Origin: Mycoplasmatota bacterium
Lineage (GTDB): Bacteria; Bacillota_I; Bacilli_A; MAG-NZ
Length of the DNA: 64,000 nt
Assembly: GCA_018394315.1 (NCBI GenBank)
Contig: CP074575.1
Location: 1,272,615 to 1,336,614, forward strand
Direction: 5' to 3'
Shown: one piece after another, positions 18,837-31,033 of the stretch
How positions within the stretch are numbered: the stretch's first letter is position 1
Layout of the letters: every line of letters starts with the position of its first letter
The notes under the pieces: model-generated
Database searches by the model: none
What the model was told of the DNA's origin: nothing
What the model saw: the letters and a program-made list of their open reading frames with translations, nothing else
Translations under genes and position numbers: made by a program

Positions 18837-20641
18837 ATGTACAACAATGGTTTTATAAAGGTAGCAGTGGTAACACCAAGTGTAAAAGTTTCAAGACCAA
18901 TGGAAAATGCTATTGAAATGATAGAAATACTAAATGAAATTGAGGCTGGAATGGTACTTTTTCCTGAGTTATCAATAACTGGTTATAGTCTTGAAGACAT
19001 GTTCTATCATACTTCAATCATGAAAAAGTCAGAAGAAGCGATTAAGTACTTTTTAGATAATAATACTTTTGATGGGGTTGTTGTCTTTGGTGCACCATTT
19101 GAATATAAGGGAATGCTTTATAATGTAGCGATGGTCGCAGAACAAGGAAAACTACTTGGAATTATCCCTAAAATGTTTTTACCACACACTGGGGAGTTTT
19201 ATGAAAAAAGATGGTTTGCAGATGGTGTAGATGTGCAATTCGAAATTGAGTTTTTAGGACAATCTGTACCATTTGGATCAATTGTATTTAATAGTGACCA
19301 TTACTCTTTTGGAGTAGAAGTGTGTGCTGATATGTGGGGGCCTTTAAACCCATCAGCTAATTTATATTTATCTGGTGCAGAAGTTATGTTGAATTTGTCT
19401 GCATCAAATGAGTTTATTAACAAAACTGAGTCTAGAAAATTATTAATTAATGCTTCAACATTTAGACATAAAGGTGCGTATATTTATTGTTCAGCTGGTG
19501 TTAATGAATCAACAGGTGCTAACGTTTTTGGAGGAGATAAAATTGTTTCTGAAATGGGTGCTATAATAGCACATAAACAAGATTTTTCCTTTGACGCTGA
19601 GGTGTTATATGCTGATATAGATATAGCGTACTTAAAGCATGTAAGAAGAAGCAATGGATGGTTTAAGGATGCTCGTAAAAGAAACAAAATGAATGTATTT
19701 GAGGTGGATTTCACTTCAAATGAAATTGAATTTGAGATAAATAGAAAATTTGACAAAACACCATTTGTTCCAAAAAATAATATCAAAGAAGCATTTGATC
19801 AAATTACTTCAATTCAAACCAGTGCTCTTTTAAGAAGACTTAAACATATTAATACTCAAAAAACTATTGTTGGATTAAGTGGTGGTTTGGATTCTACATT
19901 AGCGTTAATACAAATGGTAAAGACATATGAAAGAGCTAATTATGATTTAAAAGGTATTATTGCAGTTTCTATGCCAAGTTATCCTACAAGTGACCGTACT
20001 AAAAACAACGCAAAAAAATTAGCAAAACAATTAGGTGTAACATTCATGGAAAAACCTATTCATGATATAGTAGATAGTCAAATGTTAATCATAGATCATG
20101 AGAAAAAGGATGTTACTTATGAAAATATTCAAGCTAGAGCTAGGACTAATATTTTACTTAATTTAGCAAATAAACATAATGGAATAGTAATTGGAACTGG
20201 AGATATGACTGAAACAGCTTTAGGATGGTGTACATATGGTGGTGATCAGTTCGCTCATTACGGTCTGAATGCTGGTATACCAAAGACGCTAGTTAGATTT
20301 ATGGTGAAGGAGTATGCTAATTATTTACCTGAGGTAAAAGATTGTTTAATTGATATTGTGAATACTCCAATCTCTCCAGAATTACTACCTGATCAAGTAA
20401 CTGAAGATACTATTGGAAGTTATGAGATAAACGATTTCATAATGTATAGATACTTAAAATTCGGTGACTCTATTGAAAGAATCAAGACATTTTTACCTGA
20501 TTCTGAAGAAATAGTTGATAATTTCTTTAGAAGATTTTATAAGAATCAGTTTAAACGTAATACTATGCCTGAGGGACCAAAAGTTATTTTTACATCTTTA
20601 AGTAGCCATTCAGATTTCAGAATAGCTTCTGACGTGTTTAA

Positions 20642-20645
<4 letters not shown>
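18837..20645 (+). CDS. nadE: glutamine-dependent NAD+ synthetase
   Basis: nitrilase domain (FPELSITGY, EFYEKRWF, EVCAD) fused to GLSGGLDS / ENIQARAR synthetase domain. Confidence 0.95.
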
Positions 20646-21757
<1,112 letters not shown>

Positions 21758-21766
21758 GAGGCAAAG

Positions 21767-22201
21767 ATGAAAGTAGCAAAGATATCATTTGAAAATGGAG
21801 AAAAGATTTTATTAGAGTTATTCTCTACTGATGCACCTAAAACGGTAGAAAATTTTGAAAAATTAGCTAGTTCAGGATTTTATAATGGACTTAAATTTCA
21901 TAGAGTTATCCCAGGATTTGTAGCACAAGGTGGTTGTCCAAAAGGAACTGGAACTGGTGGACCTGGATACACTATAAAATGTGAAACAGAGAATAATCCA
22001 CATAAACACTTAAGAGGAGCTCTTTCTATGGCTCATGCTGGGAAAGACACTGGTGGATCTCAATTCTTTATTTGTCATGATTCATTCCCCCATTTAGATG
22101 GAGTTCACACTGTGTTTGGACAAGTAATTGAAGGTGAAGATGTTGTACTTAGAGTTGCTCAAGGCGACGTGATGAAGTCGGTTGAGGTTTTTGAGAGATA
22201 A
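21767..22201 (+). CDS. ppiB: cyclophilin-type peptidyl-prolyl isomerase
   Basis: [40 protein letters not shown]. Confidence 0.93.
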   Translation: MKVAKISFENGEKILLELFSTDAPKTVENFEKLASSGFYNGLKFHRVIPGFVAQGGCPKGTGTGGPGYTIKCETENNPHKHLRGALSMAHAGKDTGGSQFFICHDSFPHLDGVHTVFGQVIEGEDVVLRVAQGDVMKSVEVFER

Positions 22202-22220
22202 AAGATTAGGATATGGTATT

Positions 22221-24416
22221 ATGGAAAAATATTTACAAGGTTATGTAAAAGTAATTCTGTATCAAAATAAAGATAATGGTTACTCAGTAATTAAAGTTAA
22301 GGTTACTGAGAATACTGAGGAAATTAACGATATAAGTGATTTAATGACAGTTACTGGTTATTTACCTACGCTGAGAACAAATGAACTTTATCGTTTTTTT
22401 GGTGATTTTAAGGAACATTATAAATATGGTAATCAATACAATGTAAATAAATATGAAAATATAATAGCTGATTCTAGGGAAGGATTAATAAGATATTTAT
22501 CTAGTGATATTTTCTTTGGAGTTGGACCGAAATTAGCGTCAAAAATTGTCGATAAAATTGGAGAAAATTGTATTGAAGTAATCATTGATAATCCGGAAAA
22601 ACTAAAAGAGATTGGTATAAATGATCGAAAAATTAATGCTATTCATCAAGCTCTTATGCAAAATCAAGGTATTCAAAGAGTACTACTATCTTTATATGAT
22701 TATGGATTTAGTGCTAGAGTTAGTATGGCTATTTATAATACTTACTATAATCAATCATTATCAATTTTAGAAAGCAATCCTTATCAACTGATTGAGGATA
22801 TTGATTCAATTAATTTTAAAAGAGCTGATGAAATTGCCATGAAATTGGATTTCACTTTAGATAATGAATTTCGTGTTAAGGCATTGGTTTTAGCTATCAT
22901 GTCTAAAGAGAGTATGAGTGGGGATACATTTATAGAAAATTCAGTATTAATTGAAAGGGTCCTAAAAGATGTTAACAGAAATGAATACTTGATTGATGAT
23001 AAGAAGGTACAAAAGCATATCGATATTCTAAGAGAAGAAGAAAAAATATATATCATTGAAAATAAAATAATGTTACAAGAACTGTATGAAGCTGAAGAAT
23101 CTATCGCAAGCGATATCATTAGGTTTAATCCAAATAAACCAAAAGATAATAAAATAGACACAATTATAGAATCAGTTAGTCAAAATATAGATATAGATTA
23201 CTCATTAGAACAAAAAGAAGCAATAAAAACTGCTCTTATGAATCCGGTAACAGTTCTAACGGGGGGACCAGGAACAGGAAAGACTACAGTTATAAATGGA
23301 ATTATTAAATCATATGAAAAATTGTTTGAAGTCTATGATAGAAGAAAAATTGCATTAGTAGCACCAACTGGAAGAGCAGCTAAGAGAATGACAGAAACAA
23401 CAGGATACACGGCTAAAACGATACATAGTTTCTTAGGCTATGATTTTAATGGGATATTTACTCATAATAGAGAAGACCAATTGTCTCCTAAACTATTAAT
23501 TATCGATGAAAGTTCAATGATTGATACTTTGCTTACAAAGCAATTATTAGAAGCACTTGTTAATAGTGTTAGAATAGTAATTGTTGGTGATAACGATCAA
23601 CTTCCTTCAGTAGGACCAGGTCAAGTCTTACATGATATTATTGAAAGTGGTATTGTGCCAGTGATAAGATTAAACAAAATCTTTAGGCAATCCTCTGATT
23701 CAAACTTAATTACTTTAGCACATGAAGTTAATAATAACAGACTTCCAAATGATACATTGAATAGCTATGATGATGTTACATATATACATACTATTAATGA
23801 GATATCTTCAGCAATTAAACAGATAATAGAAAAGGCTGTTGAAAGAGACTACGAAATCGAGAATATTCAGGTTCTTGCTCCTATGTATAAAGGTAGCGCA
23901 GGAATAGATAAGATTAATATAGTATTGCAAGAATGTTTAAATCCTAAGGGTCCAAATGAAATTGAACATCATGGAGTAATTTATAGGGTTGGTGATAAAG
24001 TGTTACAACTAGTAAATCAACCAAGAGAAGGAATAATGAATGGTGATGTAGGTATAGTATGTGATATTTCTAAAAGCAATTCGACTACAAAAATTTCAGT
24101 TGATTTTGATGGTATTATAGCTGAATATGGATTGTCAGATTTATATAATTTAAGGCATGCTTATTGTATTTCTATTCATAAATCTCAAGGAAATGAGTAT
24201 CCGCTTGTAATATTGCCAATGTCATTTAGTTACCGAATTATGTTAAAACGAAAATTAATATATACTGCTATCACTAGAGCTAAACAAAAACTAATTGTTG
24301 TTGGAGATTTAAAAGCAATGAAATTTGGAGTTGAGCAAATAGAAAAATCTAGAAGAACTTTACTTAAAAAAAGATTTGAAGAAATTAAAAATAGAAAAAA
24401 TTACTCGACATTATAA
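22221..24416 (+). CDS. recD2: RecD2-like ATP-dependent helicase
   Basis: GGPGTGKTT, APTGRAAKRM, DESSM, GDNDQLPSVG, HKSQGNE, YTAITRA; start uncertain (22182 or 22221). Confidence 0.93.
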   Translation: MEKYLQGYVKVILYQNKDNGYSVIKVKVTENTEEINDISDLMTVTGYLPTLRTNELYRFFGDFKEHYKYGNQYNVNKYENIIADSREGLIRYLSSDIFFGVGPKLASKIVDKIGENCIEVIIDNPEKLKEIGINDRKINAIHQALMQNQGIQRVLLSLYDYGFSARVSMAIYNTYYNQSLSILESNPYQLIEDIDSINFKRADEIAMKLDFTLDNEFRVKALVLAIMSKESMSGDTFIENSVLIERVLKDVNRNEYLIDDKKVQKHIDILREEEKIYIIENKIMLQELYEAEESIASDIIRFNPNKPKDNKIDTIIESVSQNIDIDYSLEQKEAIKTALMNPVTVLTGGPGTGKTTVINGIIKSYEKLFEVYDRRKIALVAPTGRAAKRMTETTGYTAKTIHSFLGYDFNGIFTHNREDQLSPKLLIIDESSMIDTLLTKQLLEALVNSVRIVIVGDNDQLPSVGPGQVLHDIIESGIVPVIRLNKIFRQSSDSNLITLAHEVNNNRLPNDTLNSYDDVTYIHTINEISSAIKQIIEKAVERDYEIENIQVLAPMYKGSAGIDKINIVLQECLNPKGPNEIEHHGVIYRVGDKVLQLVNQPREGIMNGDVGIVCDISKSNSTTKISVDFDGIIAEYGLSDLYNLRHAYCISIHKSQGNEYPLVILPMSFSYRIMLKRKLIYTAITRAKQKLIVVGDLKAMKFGVEQIEKSRRTLLKKRFEEIKNRKNYSTL

Positions 24417-24481
24417 TATCTATTATGGTAAAAATATTTATGAGGAGATTCCTCTATTTCTAACCGAAAGTAGGTGTAATA

Positions 24482-24640
24482 ATGCGTAGATTTATAACGT
24501 ATATGATGCTTGGAGCATTATCAAGTGCAGTAATATCAAGAACTTATTCTGGAATGAATACAGGCGGAGTTGAAAAGACTGTGAAAGATGTCTTAAGATC
24601 AAATGAAAAAGCGATGAGATGGTTACGAAATAGGATGTAA
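24482..24640 (+). CDS. small protein, 52 aa, possibly YrzQ-like; not in ORF track
   Basis: AGGTG RBS; MRRFITYMMLGALSSAVISRTYSGMNTGGVEKTVKDVLRSNEKAMRWLRNRM; followed by a terminator; lies between recD2 and the AI-2E genes. Confidence 0.65.
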   Translation: MRRFITYMMLGALSSAVISRTYSGMNTGGVEKTVKDVLRSNEKAMRWLRNRM

Positions 24641-24666
24641 CTAATTATAATTAATTAGTTATCTAT

Positions 24667-24692
24667 GCGGATTTCTTCGGAAATCCGCTTTT
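24667..24692 (+). terminator. intrinsic terminator after small ORF
   Basis: GCGGATTTC-TTCG-GAAATCCGC-TTTT. Confidence 0.85.
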
Positions 24693-24751
24693 ATTTGCGT
24701 TTATTTTAAATATATTAACATACAATATAGAGAATAAATGAAGGTGAAATA

Positions 24752-25798
24752 ATGAATAAAAAGATAATGAGTTTGGTAGCTTTATTTTTAATAACTATAA
24801 CTGGATATTATTTTTTAAGAATATTTCCGTATATATTAAATATAATTAACTTTTTGTTCTCTATACTTTTGCCTTTTCTTTATAGTTTTATTATTGCCTT
24901 TTTACTTGCTCCTATTGTAGATAGATTTGAAAGATATGGTAGAAGTAGAATGTTGGCAGTTACTATAGTGTACATTTTTATGATTTTAGGGCTGTCATTT
25001 ATTTTTGTTAATCTAGTACCAATTATTATTGATCAAACAGAGTTGTTAATTGAAGGAATACCAACGCTCATAGATGGCATTGAAAACATTGTGCTAGATA
25101 TTAAGAACTATCTAAAGTTTTTGCCCGATGACATCGAACCAAATTTTGATAATTTCACTCAATTATTGTCATCTTTAATTGAAGTTGTATATGGATGGAT
25201 AAAGAGTTCATTCAATAATATTTTCTCTTCTATTACAGTTGTGGTATTAATACCAATTATTACTGCTTATTTACTATACGATTATAATAAAATTAAACAA
25301 AACTTAAAATTATATTTAATAAAAAAGAATAAAATATATACTAAAAAATTTCTAGAAAAGGTTAATGACTCTTTAGGAATGTACGTTCGAGGATTATTTT
25401 TAGTAATGTTAATTCTCTCTATTTTATCTTCTATTGGATTTTTAATAATTGGCTTAGAATATTACTTATTCTTTGGTATTATTGTTGGATTAACAAACGC
25501 AATACCGATTTTCGGTGCATTTATAGGTGGATGTTTTCCGGTATTATACTCTCTAAGTATTTCATTCAATAAAGCTATATTAGTTTTAGTTATAATAGTA
25601 ATTTTACAATTCGTTGAATCATCAATAGTTACTCCATATATCCAAAGTAAAAACATGAAAATTCATCCATTGTTGATTATTTTATCAATTTTATTATTTG
25701 GAAAGTTATTTGGATTCTTAGGAGTTTTATTTGCTGTACCACTTGTAACCTTAATAAAAATTACTTACCAGTTTATAAGAAATAAAGATATGATATAA
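24752..25798 (+). CDS. AI-2E family transporter (YrrI-like), copy 1
   Basis: PFLYSFIIAFLLAPIV, YVRG, NAIPIFGAFIG, QFVES..VTP, IHPL. Confidence 0.9.
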   Translation: MNKKIMSLVALFLITITGYYFLRIFPYILNIINFLFSILLPFLYSFIIAFLLAPIVDRFERYGRSRMLAVTIVYIFMILGLSFIFVNLVPIIIDQTELLIEGIPTLIDGIENIVLDIKNYLKFLPDDIEPNFDNFTQLLSSLIEVVYGWIKSSFNNIFSSITVVVLIPIITAYLLYDYNKIKQNLKLYLIKKNKIYTKKFLEKVNDSLGMYVRGLFLVMLILSILSSIGFLIIGLEYYLFFGIIVGLTNAIPIFGAFIGGCFPVLYSLSISFNKAILVLVIIVILQFVESSIVTPYIQSKNMKIHPLLIILSILLFGKLFGFLGVLFAVPLVTLIKITYQFIRNKDMI

Positions 25799-25825
25799 TA
25801 AGAAAAATCATTTAAGAGGAAAATT

Positions 25826-26866
25826 ATGGATAAAAGGATAAAGAAGGCACTTTACTATTTAACTATACTAGCTATTATTTATATGATATATAAACTCGTT
25901 GATCCTGTTTCAGCAACCCTTAGAACTCTGTTTGGATTGTTACTTCCTTTTTTGTTTTCTTTTGGAGGAGCATTTGTTTTAAATAATATTGTTGATTTTC
26001 TCGTTCAAAGAAAAGTAAAAAGATTTATTGCTGTGTTTATTGTAGTTATTTCCTTTATCTTGTTTGGTGTAATACTTATTGGACAACTTTTGCCAATGAT
26101 ATTTAGTCAGTTCACAGATATCGTTAATAGAGGGCCAGAAATAGTAGCTAGCATCACTAAGGTATTTGATGGTTTTTTAAGCTATTTTAATGTTTCATTG
26201 AGCGAATTTGAACTAGATTGGGAGGGAGTTTTACTTGAAGAAGTTAATAGCTCTTATAATCTGATTTCCAAAATAATTTCTGGACTCTTTAATTCGTTGT
26301 CATTTGTGTTTTTAACGCCAATTCTATTAATCTACTTTTTATATGATTACGATAAAATAAGAGATAACTTTAAACGATTTCTAATAAAGCATCGTCATGA
26401 AAAGGAATATAGATTTTTTAAGGAATTAGAGAGACTTTTATCAAGATATGTTGGTGGTTTATTGTTGGTAATGTTAATATTATCAATTGTTTCATTTATA
26501 ATATTTACGATATCTGGTTTAGAAAATGCTTTACTCTTTGGATTTATTATAGGCTTAACTAATTTAATTCCATTCTTTGGAAATATAATTGGTGGAGCGA
26601 TAGCTGTTTTGTTTGCAGTAAGTCAATCTACAACTTTAGCACTTATTATATTAGTTGAAGTAATTTTGTTAACTTTCATAGAGTCAAATTTCGTTACACC
26701 TTATATACAATCAAAAAAATTTAAGATTCATCCTATTGTTATAATTCTTGGAATCACTATATTTGGTTATTTGTTAGGATTTATTGGCGTTTTACTAGCG
26801 ATACCGTTGATCATTACAATTAAACTAACAATTAAACATTATAGGCTTGATAAAATCATTAAATAA
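25826..26866 (+). CDS. AI-2E family transporter, copy 2
   Basis: same family motifs: NLIPFFG, IESNFVTPYIQ, IHPIV. Confidence 0.9.
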   Translation: MDKRIKKALYYLTILAIIYMIYKLVDPVSATLRTLFGLLLPFLFSFGGAFVLNNIVDFLVQRKVKRFIAVFIVVISFILFGVILIGQLLPMIFSQFTDIVNRGPEIVASITKVFDGFLSYFNVSLSEFELDWEGVLLEEVNSSYNLISKIISGLFNSLSFVFLTPILLIYFLYDYDKIRDNFKRFLIKHRHEKEYRFFKELERLLSRYVGGLLLVMLILSIVSFIIFTISGLENALLFGFIIGLTNLIPFFGNIIGGAIAVLFAVSQSTTLALIILVEVILLTFIESNFVTPYIQSKKFKIHPIVIILGITIFGYLLGFIGVLLAIPLIITIKLTIKHYRLDKIIK

Positions 26867-26917
26867 ATAATTAAAATTATTGTATTGTAGGTAAATTATG
26901 TATATAATATATTATAT

Positions 26918-27128
26918 TGCGATGACGAAGATAAGTAAGAATACTATTATTGTTAGAGAGTCCTGATGGTGAAAATGGATAATTAATAATTTCTGAAAGC
27001 TACTTCTGAGTATAGTATAAAATACTACCTTGATCGGGTTAAGAGTTTTTGAAGGTGCATAACGTAAGTTATGAACTAAGGTGGTACCGCGTATAACACG
27101 TCCTTAGATTAATTCTAAGGGACTTTTT
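26918..27128 (+). ncRNA. T-box riboswitch (Ala specifier) upstream of alaS
   Basis: AGAGA and GGTGAAA stem-I motifs, GAA-A-GCT specifier (GCU=Ala, 26999-27001), T-box AACTAAGGTGGTACCGCG (27074-27091), terminator GTCCTTAGA...TCTAAGGGAC-TTTTT; TTGTAT-N17-TATAAT promoter at 26880-26908. Confidence 0.93.
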
Positions 27129-27151
27129 TATTTTAGAAAGAAGTGAAAATT

Positions 27152-29770
27152 ATGAAAAAATTAACAAGTAATGAAATTAGAAAAATGTGGTTAGACTTCT
27201 TTGCTTCAAAGAGTCATAAAACTGTGGAAAGTGCATCCTTAATACCAAACAATGATCCTACACTTTTATGGATAAATTCAGGTGTAGCAGCTATGAAAAA
27301 GTATTTTGATGGGTCAGAAAAACCTACTAATCCTAGAATGGCTAACTCACAGAAATGTATTAGAACGAATGACATTGAGAATGTTGGACTCACTGCTAGA
27401 CATCAAACTTTATTTGAAATGTTAGGGAATTTTTCTATAGGAGATTACTTTAGAAAAGAAGCAATTGAGTGGGCATGCGAATTATTATTGGAAGATAAAT
27501 GGTTTGGATTAGAAAAAGATTTATTATATATGACAGTTTATCCAGATGATCAAGAATCTTATGACTTATGGGTAGCTAACGGTATTGATCCGAGTCATAT
27601 AATAAAAACAGACTATAACTTTTGGGAGATAGGTGAAGGACCAAGTGGACCATGTACTGAAATATTCTTTGACCGTGGGATAAAATATGGTGATGTTTCT
27701 ATAGATGTGATTAGAGATGATATAGAAAACGATAGATATATAGAAATATGGAACATTGTTTTCTCTCAATTTGATGCGAATCCTAAAATTCCACGTAGTG
27801 AATACCAAGAACTCCCACAAAAGAATATTGATACCGGAGCTGGACTTGAGAGAATTGTATGCGTTTTCCAGGAGACAGAGACGAATTTTGAAACAGACTT
27901 GTTTTTACCAACTATAAAAGAAGTTGAAAAACTATCAGGAGTTGAATATAATGGTCAAATTGCTTTTAAAGTTATTGCTGATCATGTTAGAGCTGTTACT
28001 TTTGCGATAGCTGATGGAGCGTTATTGAGTAATGAGGGTAGAGGATATGTATTAAGAAGAATTTTAAGAAGAGCCATTAAGCATGCTAGAACTTTAGGGT
28101 TTAAGAGTCCATTTATGTATAACTTGGTAGACATAGTTGTAGACAATATGGGTGAGCATTATACATACTTGATTGATAAAGTAGCTATAATAAAGAAAGT
28201 TATTATGGCAGAAGAAGAAAAATTCTTTGAAACACTAGACAAAGGATTAAAAATGATCGAAAGTATTGAGAGCAAAAAAATATCTGGTAAAGAAGCATTT
28301 ACTTTATATGATACTTACGGCTTTCCAATTGAATTGACATTAGAGTATGCTGAAGAAAATAATCTTGAAGTCGATATTGATGAATTTAACAATGAAATGG
28401 AGAAACAACGAGAACGTGCTAGAAGTGCTAGAACTAATGATACTAGCATGAATACTCAAAATGAAGAGTTTCTTAATTTTGAACTTGAATCTGAATTTGT
28501 TGGATATGAAAATTTAGAGTATCAATCAAAAATCATTGCAGTGTTTGATGAGGGGATAGTGTTTAATAAAACTCCTTTCTATGCTGAAAGTGGGGGGCAA
28601 TCTCCAGATAAGGGTACATTTACAGGTGATGGTTTTTTCTATAATATAATTGATGTACAGAAAATGCCAAATGGACAATTTTTACACTCAATCGAAATTA
28701 AAGAAGGAAAACCTAAAGTTGGTCAGACTGGTGTGGCTAAGGTATCTTTAGAAATGAGAAAACTTACTATGTTTAATCACTCTGGAACACATTTACTATT
28801 CAAAGTTTTAAGGGACGAATTAGGTTCACATGTAGGCCAAAGTGGTTCTCAAGTTTCAAAAACTAACTTAAGATTTGACTTTAATAATTATGACTCTTTA
28901 ACTGATGAACAAATTTTAATGCTAGAGAAAAGAGTAAACGAAGTAATTAGTCAAGGGTTAAAAGTTACTATAACAGAAGAAACTTTAGATAGAGCAAGAG
29001 AAATGGGAGCTATAGCTGAATTTGGAGAGAAATATGGAGAGTATGTTAGAGTTGTAAATATGGGTGACTACACACTTGATTTATGTGGAGGAACACATGT
29101 TGAAAACACTTCTGAAATTGAGAAGCTAGCTATAACTTCTGTAGAAAGTAAGGGTTCAGGAATTTTCAGAGTTGAAGCTTTAACGAATGTTGGAGTAGAT
29201 AATATTAAGAATTATGTAAGTGTTTATGATAATGAGATGAGTAGTTTACTTGAAAAGGCAAGTAAATTGGTTAATGAAGCTAAATCTAAGGGGATTTCTA
29301 TTGATTTTGACTATAAGATTAATAATAACTATATAGGAAGTTATCAAGATGTAATTAACAAAAGAAATGAATTAGATAACTTAAAAGAATTAGTAAAAGA
29401 ATTAGATAAAAAGATAAAGAGAGAAGTTGAAAAGCTTGCACTAAGTGATTTGAGTGTATTCGATGAATTTATTGAGGGAGATAAGTTAATAGCTAAAGTA
29501 AGCAATTATGATAACGGAGTCTTAAAGCAAATTGTTGATTCACTATTAGATAAATTAGGAACTGGATTTGTATTTATAGCTAACATAGTTGGAGATAAAG
29601 TTGTATTTGTTGCTAAAAGTAACAATGATGTTCATTGCGGAAATGTTGTAAAAGAAGCTGCAGTAATTTGTGGCGGCAATGGAGGAGGAAGACCAAATAT
29701 TGCTCAAGCAGGTGGGAAAGATATTTCTAAAGTAGATGAAGCAATAGAAAGAGTCAAAGAAATAGTTTGA
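27152..29770 (+). CDS. alaS: alanine--tRNA ligase
   Basis: DPTLLWINSG, FEMLGNFS, IDTGAGLER, TPFYAESGGQ, NHSGTHLL, LCGGTH, GGGRP. Confidence 0.98.
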   Translation: MKKLTSNEIRKMWLDFFASKSHKTVESASLIPNNDPTLLWINSGVAAMKKYFDGSEKPTNPRMANSQKCIRTNDIENVGLTARHQTLFEMLGNFSIGDYFRKEAIEWACELLLEDKWFGLEKDLLYMTVYPDDQESYDLWVANGIDPSHIIKTDYNFWEIGEGPSGPCTEIFFDRGIKYGDVSIDVIRDDIENDRYIEIWNIVFSQFDANPKIPRSEYQELPQKNIDTGAGLERIVCVFQETETNFETDLFLPTIKEVEKLSGVEYNGQIAFKVIADHVRAVTFAIADGALLSNEGRGYVLRRILRRAIKHARTLGFKSPFMYNLVDIVVDNMGEHYTYLIDKVAIIKKVIMAEEEKFFETLDKGLKMIESIESKKISGKEAFTLYDTYGFPIELTLEYAEENNLEVDIDEFNNEMEKQRERARSARTNDTSMNTQNEEFLNFELESEFVGYENLEYQSKIIAVFDEGIVFNKTPFYAESGGQSPDKGTFTGDGFFYNIIDVQKMPNGQFLHSIEIKEGKPKVGQTGVAKVSLEMRKLTMFNHSGTHLLFKVLRDELGSHVGQSGSQVSKTNLRFDFNNYDSLTDEQILMLEKRVNEVISQGLKVTITEETLDRAREMGAIAEFGEKYGEYVRVVNMGDYTLDLCGGTHVENTSEIEKLAITSVESKGSGIFRVEALTNVGVDNIKNYVSVYDNEMSSLLEKASKLVNEAKSKGISIDFDYKINNNYIGSYQDVINKRNELDNLKELVKELDKKIKREVEKLALSDLSVFDEFIEGDKLIAKVSNYDNGVLKQIVDSLLDKLGTGFVFIANIVGDKVVFVAKSNNDVHCGNVVKEAAVICGGNGGGRPNIAQAGGKDISKVDEAIERVKEIV

Positions 29771-30177
29771 AAGTAATTGGATTAGACTTAGGATCAAGAA
29801 CTTTAGGAATAGCAATCTCAGACAAATATCAAATGTTAGCTTCTCCGGTAGAAATTTTTAGATTTAGAGATGATGATTATAATAGTGCTAAAGACTATGT
29901 TTTAAAATTAGCCAAAGAATTTAATACTAATAAAATAGTGCTTGGGTATCCTAAGAATATGAATAATACAATCGGAGAACGAGCTGAAATAAGTGAAATG
30001 TTTAAGTCTATGCTTGAAGAATATAACTTAGAGGTTGTATTATGGGATGAAAGATTATCAACTAAAGAGGTTACTAGGATGATGATATCAGCTGATTTAA
30101 GCAGAAAAAAAAGAAAACAACAAGTTGATAAATTAGCAGCAACTGTTATTTTACAAGGTTACTTAAATTCAAAATAA
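29767..30177 (+). CDS. ruvX: RuvX/YqgF family nuclease (YrrK)
   Basis: GLDLGSRTLGIAISD, WDERLST, VDKLAA; TTG start overlapping alaS stop. Confidence 0.93.
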   Translation: MKVIGLDLGSRTLGIAISDKYQMLASPVEIFRFRDDDYNSAKDYVLKLAKEFNTNKIVLGYPKNMNNTIGERAEISEMFKSMLEEYNLEVVLWDERLSTKEVTRMMISADLSRKKRKQQVDKLAATVILQGYLNSK

Positions 30178-30195
30178 ATTGAGGAGGAATTAGTT

Positions 30196-30462
30196 ATGTC
30201 GGATTTACAAAATGATCATATTTTAAGTATTGAATTAGAGGATGGAACAGAAATGTTATGCGAAATTTTATTCACATTTGAATCAGACCAATATAAAAAG
30301 CACTATGTCCTTTATACGCCTATTGATAACGAAGAAGGTGATGTGTTTGCTTCTAGTTATGTCGAGACAGAAGACGGGTTAGGTGAATTAGAAGATATTA
30401 CTGATGAACTGGAATGGGAAATGATTGAAGAAGTTTTAAATACTTTCCAGTCTGAAGAATAA
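30196..30462 (+). CDS. DUF1292 family protein (YrzB)
   Basis: EILFTF...YVLY...[12 protein letters not shown]; acidic; conserved position after ruvX. Confidence 0.88.
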   Translation: MSDLQNDHILSIELEDGTEMLCEILFTFESDQYKKHYVLYTPIDNEEGDVFASSYVETEDGLGELEDITDELEWEMIEEVLNTFQSEE

Positions 30463-31031
30463 TGAATTTAAAGCAGTATGCAAAGGATAATAAAGTACCA
30501 ATAATTGAAGATGATGGACTAGAATTTATCGTTGATTATATTAAAAAGAATAATGTTAAACGTATTTTAGAAATTGGTACTGCAATTGGGTATTCAGCAA
30601 TTAATTTTGCAAAAATTTCTGAGGAGATATTCGTGAAAACAATCGAAAGAGACGAGTCGATGTTTTCTTATGCTAATGAGGCAATTAAACATTATAAATT
30701 AGAGAACCAAATTGAAATAGTTTTTAAGGATGCCTTAGAAATTGATATAATGGATAAGTATGATTTAATTTTTATAGATGCTGCCAAAGCACAATATATC
30801 AAGTTTTTTGAAAAGTTTTCAAAGAATCTTGATTCTAACGGAGCTATAATTTGTGATAATTTAGATTTTCATGGTATTATTCATAAAGAAACTAGTGAAA
30901 TCAAATCACGTGACTTAAGACAGTTAATGAGAAAACTTAGAAACTTTATTGAGTTTTTAAGGAGTAATGATGATTTTGAAACTGTATTTCATAAAATTGG
31001 TGATGGAATATCTGTATCCAAAAGAAGGTAA
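30462..31031 (+). CDS. trmR: O-methyltransferase, TrmR/YrrM-like
   Basis: VPII, ILEIGTAIGYSA, DLIFIDAAKAQY, IGDG. Confidence 0.85.
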   Translation: MNLKQYAKDNKVPIIEDDGLEFIVDYIKKNNVKRILEIGTAIGYSAINFAKISEEIFVKTIERDESMFSYANEAIKHYKLENQIEIVFKDALEIDIMDKYDLIFIDAAKAQYIKFFEKFSKNLDSNGAIICDNLDFHGIIHKETSEIKSRDLRQLMRKLRNFIEFLRSNDDFETVFHKIGDGISVSKRR

Positions 31032-31033
31032 AA

